Shown here: positions 13,521-26,119 of the stretch, one piece after another
Numbering within the stretch: the stretch's first letter is position 1
How the letters are laid out: every line of letters starts with the position of its first letter
Source of the DNA: Octopus bimaculoides
Lineage: Eukaryota
Reading direction: 5' to 3'
DNA length: 63,841 bases
Assembly (NCBI RefSeq): GCF_001194135.2
Contig: NC_069000.1
Span: 14,907,281 to 14,971,121 of the forward strand
Notes under the pieces: model-generated
The model's database searches: none
The model's input: only the letters and a program-made list of their open reading frames with translations
Told to the model about the DNA's origin: nothing
Made by a program: the position numbers and the translations under genes

Positions 13521-14431
13521 GGACGGCCATCATCATGTATGTATGTACGTACATTCCTACATGTTTTGAGAATTCTTACATGAGTTTCTATTTTTGACCC
13601 AACCAGTTCTATAGCTTGACCATTATTAATGTGCAACATATTCACATTTTGTTGTTCTCCCCACCCTTCAATGCCCCTTGTCTGCTACACTAATTTTTCA
13701 GCTTTTGTAGTTTGTCTAGTTTTTGTATTGAGAAAGAGAGAGGTAGGGGTAAAGTGTATGCATTTTTTTGTCTCCTATTTAACTTTCTCTCTTTCTCTCT
13801 CTCTCTCTCACTTTCTCTCTTTCTCTCTCTCTCTCTCACTTTCTCTCTCTGTCTCTCTTTTTCTTTGCCTCCCTTTCTCTCTCACCTTTTCCATTCTCAC
13901 ATATTCTAGTTATCGGTGTGAACTTGCTCTATTTTTAGATTACCTTCCTAGGTATGAGATGTGAAAATGAAATACATAATGAATCGACTGTGTGAATATC
14001 AATATCTATAAAACAGAAGATTTACAATAAACCATTAAGTTTCCAGGCCTTTGGTCCCAATCTTGAGTATTTCCTTGTGTATTTCAGACAATACATTAAA
14101 TTCTGCATACCACAGTACCGAAATGTCCTAGATGTCAGGGACAGAAATAGCCAGAGAAATAATCATTTGGGTATTTTAACAATAGTAGATTAGCATTCTT
14201 TCTAAGGGTAGGATTTGACATGGACCTATGTTCACATATCCACTGCTGTAAAACTGACAAATGAAAAAGTGAGACCTTGTATGGCTGTTGGACCAGTTAG
14301 AAATAGCTAAATTTCATCTGGTTTAATATCCTTACGGCTGGTCTTATATCTTATCTAATATCTTTCACTTGTTTCAGTCATTAGACTGTGGCCATGCTGT
14401 GGCCCTGCTGTGGCCCTGCTGTGGCACCGCC

Positions 14432-14640
14432 TGACTGGCCTTCGTGCTGGTGGCACGTAAAAGCACCCACTACACTCTTAGAATGGTTGGCGTTAGGAAG
14501 GGCATCCAGCTGTAGAAACTCTGCCGAATCAGATTGGAGCCTGGTGTAGCCATCCGGTTTCACCAGTCCTCAGTCAAATCGTCCAACCCATGCTAGCATG
14601 GAAAGCGGACGTTAAACGATGATGATGATGATGATGATGA
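14432..14640 (+). mobile_element. RTE LINE 3' end with (GAT)n tail, nested in a family-A SINE
   Basis: Near-identical to 39835-40031 and flanked by two halves of a SINE. Confidence 0.85.
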
Positions 14641-15220
14641 TTAGTTGAATGAATTGGTCCCAGTGTTTACTTAGTTTTTTCAAGCCTGGTTCTTATTCTG
14701 TCGGTCTCCTTTGCTGAACTGCTAAGTTACGGAGATGTGAACACACCAACACTGGTTGTCAAGCGGTGGTGGAGACAAACACCAGCACAAAGACACACAA
14801 ACATACACACACACACACACACACATACACACACGCACGGAGTTATAGCAGAAGACACTTGCCCAAGATGCCATGCAGTGGCACTGAACCTGGAACCATG
14901 TGGTTGGGAAGCAAACTTCTTACCATACCGCTACACCTCATTTTATGATTTTTTTTTTCTACAAATTATATTTCAGATTATGTTATATGCATTAATGGCT
15001 TCGTTGGAGCAAAAAAATTATTCTATGAAAGACAGTGCTCCAACAATATCAATAACAGTGACTTGCACCTTTCTTACCAGGTCTTCTCTTAGCTTCTATT
15101 CATTCAAATTGAAGACCACCAGAGAAATACAAAGAAACATATGTTCTGTACATTTAATAAAATTCGAGTTGCATAGTTAAAACCACAATAATGTGAAGCT
15201 CCATAAAAAAACATAACCAT

Positions 15221-15628
15221 AGGCACAGGAGTGGTTGTGTAGTTAGTAGCTTGCTTACCAACCACATGGTTCCGGGTTCAGTCCCACTGCGTGGCACCTT
15301 GGGCAAGTGTCTTCTACTCTAGCCTCGGGCCGACCAAAACCTTGTGAGTGGATTTGGTAGATGGAAACTGAAAGAAGCCCGTCGTATACATGTATGTATG
15401 TGTGTTTGTGTGTCTGTGTTTGTCCCCCAAACATCGCTTGACAACTGATGCTGGTGTGTTTACGTCCCCGTAATCTAGCAGTTCGGCAAAAAGGGACCGA
15501 TAGAATAAGTACTAGGCTTTCAAAGAATCAGTCCTGGGGTCGATTTGCTCGATTAGAGGCAGTGCTCTTGAACCCAGAACCATGTGGTTGGTAAACAAGC
15601 TACTTACCACACAGCCACTCCTGAGCCT
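15221..15628 (+). mobile_element. SINE family A ending in an inverted copy of its own head
   Basis: + copy at 15221-15567, followed directly by a reverse-complement head at 15568-15628. Confidence 0.85.
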
Positions 15629-15854
15629 GTCTCTTTTTATTTTGTTTTTGGCCAGTAGACTTCATTATTCAGTGCATCCCTCTTTATTTTAAAGATAGTA
15701 GCAAATGCTTTGAGAGAGATTTGGCTGATATTTCTAGCAACTCAGTTGTAATCACCTATAGAGATCTCCTCCTCACTTGTTAAATCGGCTTCCTTGTTGA
15801 AAAAAAAAAAAACTGTTTTCCAGCATAGAGTTGAGCTGAAAGACATTTTCTCTC

Positions 15855-15902
<48 letters not shown>

Positions 15903-16877
15903 TCACTCTTGTACACCCATCCACTCATGCATCCCTCTACTCACTTTTGTACTCACTCTCACTCTCTCTCATATGTACACACATATTTTCTTTTTCACAC
16001 ACGCACACTCTCTATCTCTTTCTCTCTCTTCCTCAAGCCTATTATAAGGTTATTTTTCTCACATTTGTTGATATATTTATTATACTGCAAGTACAAAGGA
16101 TTAAATAGTTGATTATTTTTAGAGAACCACCACCACTGAGGTTATTGAGTTAGTCCAGTTGGTAAAAGATCATAAAACAAGCGGTGATGATGGGGGATGA
16201 CACTAAACCCCAGCATCTTTCTATGGACATGTATCAGCATTTAGATTCATGAATGAATACAGCATTGAAAATGTCTGAGTATGGAATCACAAACAGCGTC
16301 CAAATATTGGCACGATTTTGGCACAAAGCTAGCACACACCATAGAAGGGGCTAGTTGACTGCATCAACCCCAGTGCTCAACTGGTACTTATTTTATCAAC
16401 CCCGAAAGAATAAAAGGCAAAGTCAACCTTGGCAGAATTTGAACTCAGAACATAAAGACAAAGTACTGCTAAGCATTTTGCCCAGCATGCTAATGACTCT
16501 GCCAGCTCTCTGTCTTTTTAATGTCCAAATATCATCTTTTCTTATATTTTAGTGTAGAGATTTCAAACCATTGTAGCTCATCAAAATTTTAATTTCTTTT
16601 ATAGAAATAGGCGTAGGAGTGGCTGCATGGTAAGTAGCTTGCTTATGAACCACATGGTTCTGGGTTCAGTCCCACTGTGTGGCACCTTGGGCAAGTGTCT
16701 TCTACTTTTCCTCACATAATTTCTTATTTACTGTGATGAAAAGGAGATTGCATTGGAGATCATTGGCTTTGGAAATAACTACCGAACAATCTACAAAAAA
16801 AATTTAACTAATCTTTAAACAAAACTTTATAGATTTTGTAGGCCTAGTATTTATCTCAAGATTTTGTATTGTGGAAT

Positions 16878-17157
16878 GAATGAACTACAAAGTTTCTTTG
16901 GGACAGGTAACAAGTCTCCTTTATCAGTAAATTTCCCAGAAGTTTCAGTAATATTTTGTTTCTCTGAGTGAATGAGCAACAAAATTATTTTTGAGACAGA
17001 CAACATGTCTCTCTCTCATCAGTAAATTTCTTAGAAGTTTCAATGATGTTCTGTTTCTCTGAGTAAATGAGCTACAGAATTATTTTTGAGACAGGCAACA
17101 AGTCTTTCTCATCAGTAAATTTCCTAGAAGTTTCACCAATAATTTGTTTCTCACACC
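16878..17157. repeat. Three-copy ~93-bp tandem repeat
   Basis: Units start at 16878, 16970 and 17065 and share atcagtaaatttc..agaagtttca...tgtttctc. Confidence 0.9.
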
Positions 17158-17489
17158 AAGGTAACCTTTAGTAGCGAGGCCTCAGCAACAGATCACTATA
17201 TACCTTTAGTTGTCTTCAATTTGGAAGTTTTGAGCTTGTAATCTACTAGCTTACCACTTTGGTTGACCATACAATAATTCAAACCTGTTGTGATAATGAG
17301 TGGTTGCTTACATACTTTAATGAGTCATCGTTAGTGAAAAAAGTTAAAAAAATAAAATGCTTTTCTGGCAAATGATATTTGTTAATAAACACAATAGAGT
17401 CCAGCCTTGACAACTCAAACTGACATGAACATGTTTGAATTAAAAGCTGCCTACAACAATACCCAATGACAGAATGTTTCTTATTTAAA

Positions 17490-18200
17490 GTAGTTGCAGT
17501 TAGTAATGAACTTGCTGTTGTCTTAGTACAGTTGTTGCACCTAAAAGAGGTAGGTGACTGTTCAGTGGCTGTAGTGACTATTGAACCTGTAGCGTGTTAG
17601 TGTAATTATTGTGACTGAAGATGTACAGTGTTGACTGTTTGGTAGTGGTTGTTGTTACTAGTCAAACTGTAGCATCTTAACCCACCCGAGACTGTCCTTT
17701 GGTTCTGTGATTACAAACATCTCGTTCTAAAATTCTCTTAATTAAAACTTTACATCAAAATTTCATGTTAATTTATGTTGCAAATGCTAGCTTAATTATG
17801 ACAAAGATATTTCACACAATTCTGTATTATTTTCAAAAATAATTGTAACAAAGTGAGTTTATTTTAGCAGAAATATGGTAACAAAAGGATTAATACAATT
17901 GTTGTGACTGAAGAGGTATAGTGTTGACCGTTCAATACTTGCAATTACTAATGAACTTGTGATATCTTAACACATTGTTGATACTAAAGAGAGATAGTGT
18001 TATGCAATGGTATCTTAGTATCAGTGTTGTCTGAAAAGATTTAGTGATGCTTGTTAATTGGTCATAATTACTAGAATAGTAGTAGAGTTTTACTAAGTAT
18101 AGTTTTTGTGGCAAGAGATACAGCATTGACTGTTTAATGGTTGCTGGTGGTTTTCAGTACTATTGCAGTGACTAAAGAGATGCAGTGTGGTTACTAGTAT
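17490..18200. repeat. Degenerate ~75-bp minisatellite
   Basis: Recurring gttgttgtgactgaagag.tatagtgttgac.gtt at 73-76 bp spacing once the MITE is removed. Confidence 0.65.
17681..17889. mobile_element. Second TTAA-flanked MITE family
   Basis: TTAA at 17677-17680 and 17890-17893. Removing the element restores the surrounding minisatellite unit. Confidence 0.6.
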
Positions 18201-19264
18201 GCCTATACAAAGTTGGTAATGGGCCCAGGTCAAATATAAAATGTCAGTTGCCCCACTGCCATTTCTATTGATAATAGACCCAGGTTGGATGTATCCTGTA
18301 AGCTCCCATTTCAAACTACTCAATATTTTAGTAATATTAATCTGGCCTCTATCCTTTGACCTGTCCAGTATGAAAGGCCATACAAGGAGCTTGCACTCAA
18401 CTGACAAAACTCTCAGGGTCATTGAGGCACACAAGCCATCGCACGGCAATAAAGACTGGACCTCATATCTGAATGGTCTTATTCTGTTACTCTTGCATAG
18501 TACTTCACAAGAAAATAAAACAGAGCTGGATTTCCTTAATGCTTTATTATGTATAATGCAAGGTTATAATAGGGTGGCTATGATTTCATCAATGATACGG
18601 ATGTGTGAAAAGGTGGTAAGCTGTCAAAATTGTTAACATGCTGAGCAAAATGCTTGGCAGCATTTTGTCTGTCTTCACGTTCTGATTCTGCTGAGGTTGA
18701 TTTTGCCTGTCATCCATCTTTGCATTCTGAGTTTAGATTCTGCTGAGATTGACTTTGCCTGTCATCTTTCAGGGTCAATAAAATAAGTACTAGCAGAACA
18801 CTGGGGTCAATGTATTTGACTTAACCCCCTTCTCTGAAAATGCTGACCTTGTGTGGAAATTTGAAATCAGTATTACGGATGTACGAAATATCAAACACAG
18901 ACTGTTTCCACCTCTTAACAGTGTTGAACTGAATCTCTGCATAGTACCTATTATAATAGGCACCATGGGGCGGTACTACTATTATAATTATAGCTAACTG
19001 GAATGGGATACCAGAAGTTGTGTCTTTGTCAGGGACTCAGGGCATTGTTAATACAAACCCATCAGTTTCTATTCCCCAAATCAGCTTCAGTTCTATATTT
19101 CTGCTTTAATTTCATCAACTTTTCTATGCTTTCATGGGTCAGATGAAATTTATTGAGGTATATTTTTTTAATGGCCAGAATGCCCTTCTAGTTGCCAACT
19201 CTCACCTGTTTCCAAGCAAAGTTAATGTTTCCCATGGCCAAACATCTTTTTTTTTTTAATACAG

Positions 19265-19425
19265 TTCTATATTTAAGAGATGAGGAATTATCTACATTAT
19301 TTACATTCGACGGATCGGTCGAAATTTCCCCAAGACACCTGACAAAGGCTGGAGGGTATATCAGCCGAAACGTTGTGTTAACAACAAACAAGATGAGGAC
19401 AAATATCTGTTGAATGTAAAGAATG
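19265..19425. mobile_element. Second, rearranged copy of the Penelope-like element
   Basis: Same 5' ttctatatttaagagatgaggaatt and same arm, but the left arm is collapsed and the inner segment is inverted. Confidence 0.7.
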
Positions 19426-20647
19426 TAACCCACTCACAAAGCTTTGGTTAGCCCAGGACTACAGCAAAAGACATTTTCCTAATGTACTGAAATAAATAGA
19501 TGTCATCAAATTTTTATGATCCCCAAAATTTTTCCAAAAGAGTTGCTTCAAAGTTNNNNNNNNNNCCCCCCCCCCGGAAAAAAAGAGAAAAAAAATCCTA
19601 AACAATATTGTGTTTGAAATTGTTATTGTGTTTCAATTTATTTTCAGAATTGTTTCTTTGTGTTTGTATGAATGATGAATGCGTTTGGGAATGTGTGTGT
19701 GTTCATGTAACAGTGTATGTATGTATGTGTGTGATTATTGCTGAACAGAAATAGCTTTCCCCTGATAAGTTAGCTTGACAATTTCAAAAGCAAAGCTGGT
19801 TTAAATAACCTGTTTAATATAACATTTACATACACCTTGTTGCAGTTGAACAAACATTTTCACATAAATATAGCAGTGATTATTTTGAATGAGATCAAGA
19901 CAAGGAAAATATGCCCATATTACAGGGACAAGACTGAAATTAAAGTCAGATGTATGACTAAACTTTTTTAACAATATGATTACTAATTTTAGCCATTTGA
20001 GATTTTCACAAATGAAAAATAAGCTAAAAGATAAAGACCAGGGGTATTTTCTTGAAAAAAAAACTGGCTTCTTTTTGAAGGATTTTTATGGGGTCAGTGA
20101 GTTTATCCTTACAGGTTCAGCCATATATATACTTATATATATGAGTGTGTATAGGAAGCTTGCTTCCCAGCTCTGTGGTCTTGGGTTCAGTCCTGTTGTG
20201 TGGTCCTTAGGGCAAGTATCTTCTATTGTGGTCCTGGACCAGTCAAAAGTGAATTTGGTAGACGGAAACTGAAATAAGCCTGTTGTGTGTGTGTGTGTGT
20301 GTGTGTGCGCGTGTGTGTGTGTGTTGTGTGTGTGTGTGTGTGTGTGTGCATACCTGTGTCTTTGTGTCTATGTTGTTTGTCTTCTGCCACCATTTGACAG
20401 CTGGTGTTGGTTTGTCTATGTTTCCATAACTTAGTGGTTTGGCAAAGGAGACCAATAAAATAAGTACCAGGCTTAAAAAATAAGTACATAAATACTAGTG
20501 TTGATTTGTTCAACTAAACCCTTCAAGGCAGTGCCCCAGCATGGCCACAGTGCAATGACTGAAATAAGTAAAAGATAAAACATAAAACATGCATACAAAG
20601 AGGTCCGCTGCCATGTGGATGTGAACACCTCCAGCAAAATCATTGAG

Positions 20648-21008
20648 AACAAGAGCACTCAGAGAGTGCAAACCTCTTCCAAGGCAACACCAGGGTTCTC
20701 TCAATGATTAGCCAGAGATGATTTTTAAAATGAGAATGTCTGAAATAAACTTGACTGCTCTCACAAATGAGAATACTAAAAATGAACCCAACCGCTCTCA
20801 AAAATTAAGTAAAAAAATCAGGAAAAATAATCCAGAATCCTTGTCCAGTACCGGATCAATCCCAAAATCTAATCAGTTTGTGCCAGTCACTAGGCCAAAC
20901 ATCCCTGAAAGTTTCATCCGAATCCATCTTGTGGTTTTTGAGATATCTTGTCCATGGACAAACAAACAAGACTAAACAATACCTCTGCCTTTGCTAAGGC
21001 GGAGGTAA
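20648..21008 (+). mobile_element. Helentron-associated (HINE/DINE-1-like) element
   Basis: 5' aacaagagcactcag..aacctcttccaaggc subterminal repeat, internal (CAAA)n, and 3' palindrome acctctgcctt-tgct-aaggcggaggt followed by A-rich DNA. Confidence 0.65.
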
Positions 21009-22659
21009 AAATATTTATGGACAACTGTACTGAAACCTGCAGCTTGTCTACTCTGATTATGAATTCATATTTATATCAATAATTATTGGCAACCTTGGTT
21101 ATCTCAGTAAATATCAAAGTGACAATGTGAATAAACTAGGATTTTCAAATCAAGAAAGAGACCAGCTAACACATACACTTTACAAATACAATCTGTAGGC
21201 AAAACAGTAAAAACATTTTATGACCAATCTGTCTTTTCATTATGCCCTCCTCTACTTTCTAAAAATAATAGGGTGTGATTTGAGGCATATTTGGTTGTTA
21301 TTTCTAGCAGAGATAGCAACCATGTAGAGGTTCCTTTACTGGTTTGGTTGTTTAATCCCAAGTCAGCCCTGTTTGATCAAAGGCATTCCAACCATGACCT
21401 TTCTGTCTTCTTCTTATTCACAGGAAGTCCAGGACCATATTATCCAATGTGTTCTCTATGACAGTGTGGGTTTGATTTAAGGAAAATTTGGTCGCTATTT
21501 TTAGAAAGTAAAACAACCACATAGAGGAACCCTCAGTTCACAGTCTAATCTGTGTTTCCTTTATGTGTTTCCTGTTTCTAGTTCTAGAAGCTACCTTTTA
21601 TGGAAATAACCAATGAGAAGATTGAAAGTTGACATAGTTTATACAAAATTTTTTAAATGGACCAGTTTTTCACTGCACGTATATATTTCAGTATGTAACT
21701 GACCAAATTTAGTGCAGTAACTTTTTTTTTCTTTTTTTTCTACATGAGTAATTTATTGACTAGCAGTGGTAATTGGCACAGTAAGCTACTGACTGGTTCC
21801 CCGTCATCAGATTGCTGAAGATAAGGCAGTGCCAAGCTAAGGCTGGTACTTAGGCAGGTGACTGTTAGTTAGGTGGCAGTGTGAGTGGCCATCCATCTAA
21901 ATAGAAGTCAAGTGTTTTTGCAATCCGAAATGATATTGGCAGGGCCAGGGTGAAGTTTGTATCAGAATTTCTTTGAAAGAAAAAAAAAATATATATATAT
22001 AAATAAATAAAATAAAAAAAAAATTTATCAAAGCAAAGAAAATTACTCTTGTGTTTAGAGAGATATTGGTGAAGCATTCAGAATTGGTTTTCAATTATAG
22101 CTTTAATCGCAAAAAGAGAAAAATATGTTATTGATGAGAATCCATCAGGATTATTTTGGTAATGTCATCAATAGAGCTGATTGCTTGTTGATGGATGGCT
22201 TTTTATCATATAAAAGTCAAGTAATTGGTTCTGTTATACAAATTTAAATAAAAGGATCTCCATTAGTTTTGACAGTGAGTATTGAGTTGTCCAATCAATT
22301 GAATTACTTGCTCATTGGTTTATCACATAAATGTTTGAGTATTTCACAGACACCTCAACCCTTAATGTAATCCTTGGGCAGAATCAGTTTGACAGTGTAT
22401 GTGTGTGTGGTGGTGCTATAGCATTGAATTACTTGTATAATCCATCCAGTAGATTTCTGTACATTTTCCTTCAGCACTAAGTTTCACTCACAAGGACCTC
22501 TTGATCATGAGAATGCATTCATTCCTCCAAGAAGCAAAATAGTTAATACTCCCACCGTTTCAGATGTTTACTGGAGTAAAGAACAAAGGTAACACAGTAA
22601 TAATAATAGTAATAAACTTGATTTTGATATCCACCTGAATGTATGGCTTGAAGCAAACT

Positions 22660-22985
22660 TAAAGCATCTTTACAGAATCATCAATCCAGCAGCTTGTGGT
22701 ATTGGCTGGTATTATTCCAGTGCTGAGCTGGAAGTTTTGTGTGTTCCTTCTATTATCTTCATATTCCTTTAGTACTGTGTGGATCACCGCACTTTCTATT
22801 GCATCTAATGCCATGATGTTAACAAGCCAGGAGATAGATCCCTATTCCCCAACACCGGAACTTTCATTATCTGATGACCCTTTGACCAACTGCCCTTAAC
22901 AACTTTCCATCTCCAAGAGATAAAGAGTTAAATTTGTCTTTGTATTGGGTTTGATGAGCTGTCCACAAAGCTGCGGCTTTTGTGG
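22660..22985 (-). mobile_element. Possible highly decayed RTE fragment
   Basis: Weak motifs AIESAVI..EDNRR..QLSTG..WIDDSVKML resemble an RTE C-terminus, with many disruptions. Confidence 0.35.
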
Positions 22986-23029
22986 ATGCAAAACCATTGG
23001 TCACTCTATGGCCAGATTTAAACTTTATT

Positions 23030-23074
<45 letters not shown>

Positions 23075-23475
23075 TTGCAAGATTTTTTATGTGAAATCGT
23101 GTGTTGAAACAGATGTTGTTGTACTTGGGGNNNNNNNNNNNNNNNNNNNNNNNNNNNNNNNNNNNNNNNNNNNNNNNNNNNNNNNNNNNNNNNNNNNNNN
23201 NNNNNNNNNNNNNNNNNNNNNNNNNNNNNNNNNNNNNNNNNNNNNNNNNNNNNNNNNNNNNNNNNNNNNNNNNNNNNNNNNNNNNNNNNNNNNNNNNNNN
23301 NNNNNNNNNNNNNNNNNNNNNNNNNNNNNNNNNNNNNNNNNNNNNNNNNNNNNNNNNNNNNNNNNNNNNNNNNNNNNNNNNNNNNNNNNNNNNNNTATTA
23401 ATACAAATGTATCAATTTCCAGCAAAAAATAGCCCTATAAGTAAATATCGGTACCTTGTTGTATCACTCTTATGA

Positions 23476-23510
<35 letters not shown>

Positions 23511-23511
<1 letters not shown>

Positions 23512-23703
23512 TATTTGGATTTGGTTTGCAAGATTTTTTATGTGATTTTGTGTGTTGAAGCATATTCTATTGTGTCTGGGGAGAGTCATTTTCTTATTGT
23601 GCCTTAAAATTTAACACACTCACCGGTAAAATTTCCACTTATTTCTTATTTTTATTTTCCTAAAATTTTCATTGCGTCTTGCAACCTTTTCAATAGTCTT
23701 GAA
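23511..23703 (-). mobile_element. Dispersed repeat, probably a Penelope-like 3' end beside (TA)n
   Basis: Reverse-complement match to 44232-44412, with a related start at 23070-23130. The family assignment is inferred from the end motif only. Confidence 0.5.
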
Positions 23704-24313
23704 AAAACTATGACATTACTTGGTAAACTAATGTTTATTTCATAAAAATCTGTCCACTTCTCCCCATAAACCAGAGTCTTTTGATTTTTGTACAAGAGCA
23801 CTTGAAGTGTTTATACTAGGTCAGTTGGACTATTTAAAATACCACACTGACCACCATTCCTGTTATGCAACTATTGGCTATCCACATAACATTAACTTCT
23901 ATGCTTTAGTCCTTTTTATACATACATCTTATTCTCACTAAAAGCAAAAATAACTAAATAACTCAGAGCAGACATAGTTATCTGGTTAAGAAGTTTGGTT
24001 CGTGTCTTACATAGTTTTCCTTGTTTGATCTTTCTGCATAGTGTTTTGGGGCAAGTATTTTTCTACCTTAGCCTTAGACTAACTAAAACCTATCAAAAAA
24101 AATTTGATGGGCAGAAACTGTATTGAAACCTGTTGTGAGTGTATAATATACGTTTGTCTAACCCATACTAGCATAGAATTTTGGATGTAAAAATGAACAA
24201 CCCAATAAAAAGGAAATTAATTTGATTGCTATAGAATTGCTATAGAAAGTAATTTTTTTTTCTCTCAGCTGTGGTGTATAATTTAAATCTACCAAACCAA
24301 ACAACATGCAAAC

Positions 24314-24423
24314 CTGTTTGTAGTAGTCCTCTATCAGTTTAGTGTTTATTATATTAATCTCCTCCAATGTGGCTTGATTAATGGCCAAGCACCCCTTCCT
24401 CCTTCTTTTGTTTTCTTCTGTTC
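24314..24423 (-). CDS. Internal exon of the same unidentified gene
   Basis: Acceptor tttcttttcacaattaaag, donor CAG|gtttgc (weaker +3 base), 110 nt, phase 1 to 0. Reads (G)TEENKRRRKGCLAINQATLEEINIINTKLIEDYYKQ and lies inside the 132-aa ORF 24158-24556. Confidence 0.65.
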
Positions 24424-25284
24424 CTTTAATTGTGAAAAGAAACATATCTAGGTTATGAGATTCTAGAAAGGTCCCATTCACCTCCACCCACCAACATTCC
24501 TCACCGCCCCAAGATGTGGAGGAATGTTTTATCACTGTTGTCATCATCACCATCATGATCGTAATCCTAGCTCAGCGATGTGGTTAACAGGTTCATTTTT
24601 GCAATCACATGGTTCCAGTTTCAAATGCTGTGTATGTGTGTGTGGAGAAAGGCACATAAGGTGAACATTTTCCACCCTATAGGACTTTGGTTGGCCCCTG
24701 ATAGATGGAATTTGTGCAGATGCCCATTGTATGGAGTGTACCATTTCTTAGACAGTAGACTTCATCGTGGCCTATTGTTTAAGGTATTCTTCTCATGCCC
24801 CTAAGGTCATGAGTTCAATTTCCAGCAACGTGTTTTGTCCTTGAGCAAGACACTTTATTTCACACAGCTCCAGTTCACACAGCTGGTAGAAGTGAGAGAG
24901 TAGTACCTGTATTTCAAAGCATCAACCATGTCACATTCTGTGTCATGCTGACTCTTCCTGAGAACTATGTTAGGAGTATATATTTATCTGTGGAATACTC
25001 AGCCACTTGTACATTAATTTCATGAACAGGCTGTTTTGTTGATCAGATCAACTGGAACACTTGTAACCAATGGAGTGCCAGTTCGACTTTGTTTGGTACT
25101 GAGTTTAAAAAATCACCACCTGCCCTTAAATGCATTCTACAGAATCCACTCCGTTAGAAACATTTGACAAAGTTTCAGACCTGGGAGAGCATCTACATGG
25201 CTGCTCAACTTTGCTAGAAATAACAGCCAAATTTTCTTCCATATTGCACCCCACTGCCTTAAATAAGGAAAGGACACATTAGAT

Positions 25285-25529
25285 GAGTGGTTCTCAACCA
25301 TTTTTCACTTATGGACCCCTTTGATTCCCATTTTAATCAGATGGACCCTTATAGCCATTCAATGTTTAAAAAATGCTTTTATAATTAAATATTATTGGGA
25401 ATTGTATAAAAATTGTTTGAATATTTTGTGTATCATAGAAGTGTAACCAATTTATTGCACATTATTTTATAACAGCGAAATCTTATATATGACCCTAAGA
25501 GTCATATGGAACCTGATTGAGAGCCATTG
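25285..25529. mobile_element. hAT (Charlie-like) MITE
   Basis: Ends gagtggttctcaacc / gattgagagccattg, with a perfect 8-bp TSD cattagat (25277-25284, 25530-25537). Confidence 0.85.
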
Positions 25530-26079
25530 CATTAGATGCTCTGGTTCCTACAAAAAAAAGCAAGATAGGCAAGATAGTCAATGCAAGATAGTCACAGCAG
25601 GAATAACTCTGATCAGGCATGGTGTCCCAGATGAGAGTTGAGCTAGGGCTAAACTTCAGCTTAGTGAAGTGAGTGTTGAGTGTTTTAATTGTGGGACCAA
25701 ACTTCTCAGCCTTGTAACATTTTCCATCTCATAGCACGATAATGGTTTGAAAAGTTGAGAACAAAGGCGAAGGCCAAGACAGGTATCTTAATTATGTGCA
25801 ATCATTACCTGTCATTTAAAAGTCACACACTTCATTGTCAATGACAATAAACTAGATTCAACTGAGAACAACCAGGTGTATTTATCACATACATTAATTA
25901 ACACTTGCTGGTTCAAATCACTCAGTATTGAAAATTACAACACAACAGATGTGTTTTCCTACACTTAGACACACTCTCTCCCTCTATTCTGTCTCAGACA
26001 GCTTAGTAATGAGCCAGATGTGTTTTCCTAGACACAGGACTTCTTCGTTTTCGGTCACTGTTTTATATTTAATCTGTGT

Positions 26080-26119
<40 letters not shown>

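Noticed and set aside
16878-17157. Regularly spaced repeats as a possible CRISPR-like array (also 1726-1791 and 38387-38455)
   Set aside because: The units are homologous along their length or have trivially short spacers. There are no unique spacers, no cas genes, and the context is eukaryotic.
21865-21975. Strong minus-strand acceptor followed by NSDTNFTLALPISFRIAKTLDFYLDGWPLTLPPN*
   Set aside because: It needs a phase-2 upstream exon, but the nearest supported exon ends in phase 0. It cannot be linked without data.
22475-22588. Symmetric 114-nt + strand exon-like frame TKFHSQGPLDHENAFIPPRSKIVNTPTVSDVYWSKEQ
   Set aside because: The acceptor and first codons coincide with a decayed SINE core (tttcactcacaagg). 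There is no partner exon or homology.
22962-22986. Terminator-like hairpin tccacaaagc-tgcg-gcttttgtgga
   Set aside because: Short, bulged and inside a probable decayed LINE. Intrinsic terminators are not relevant here.
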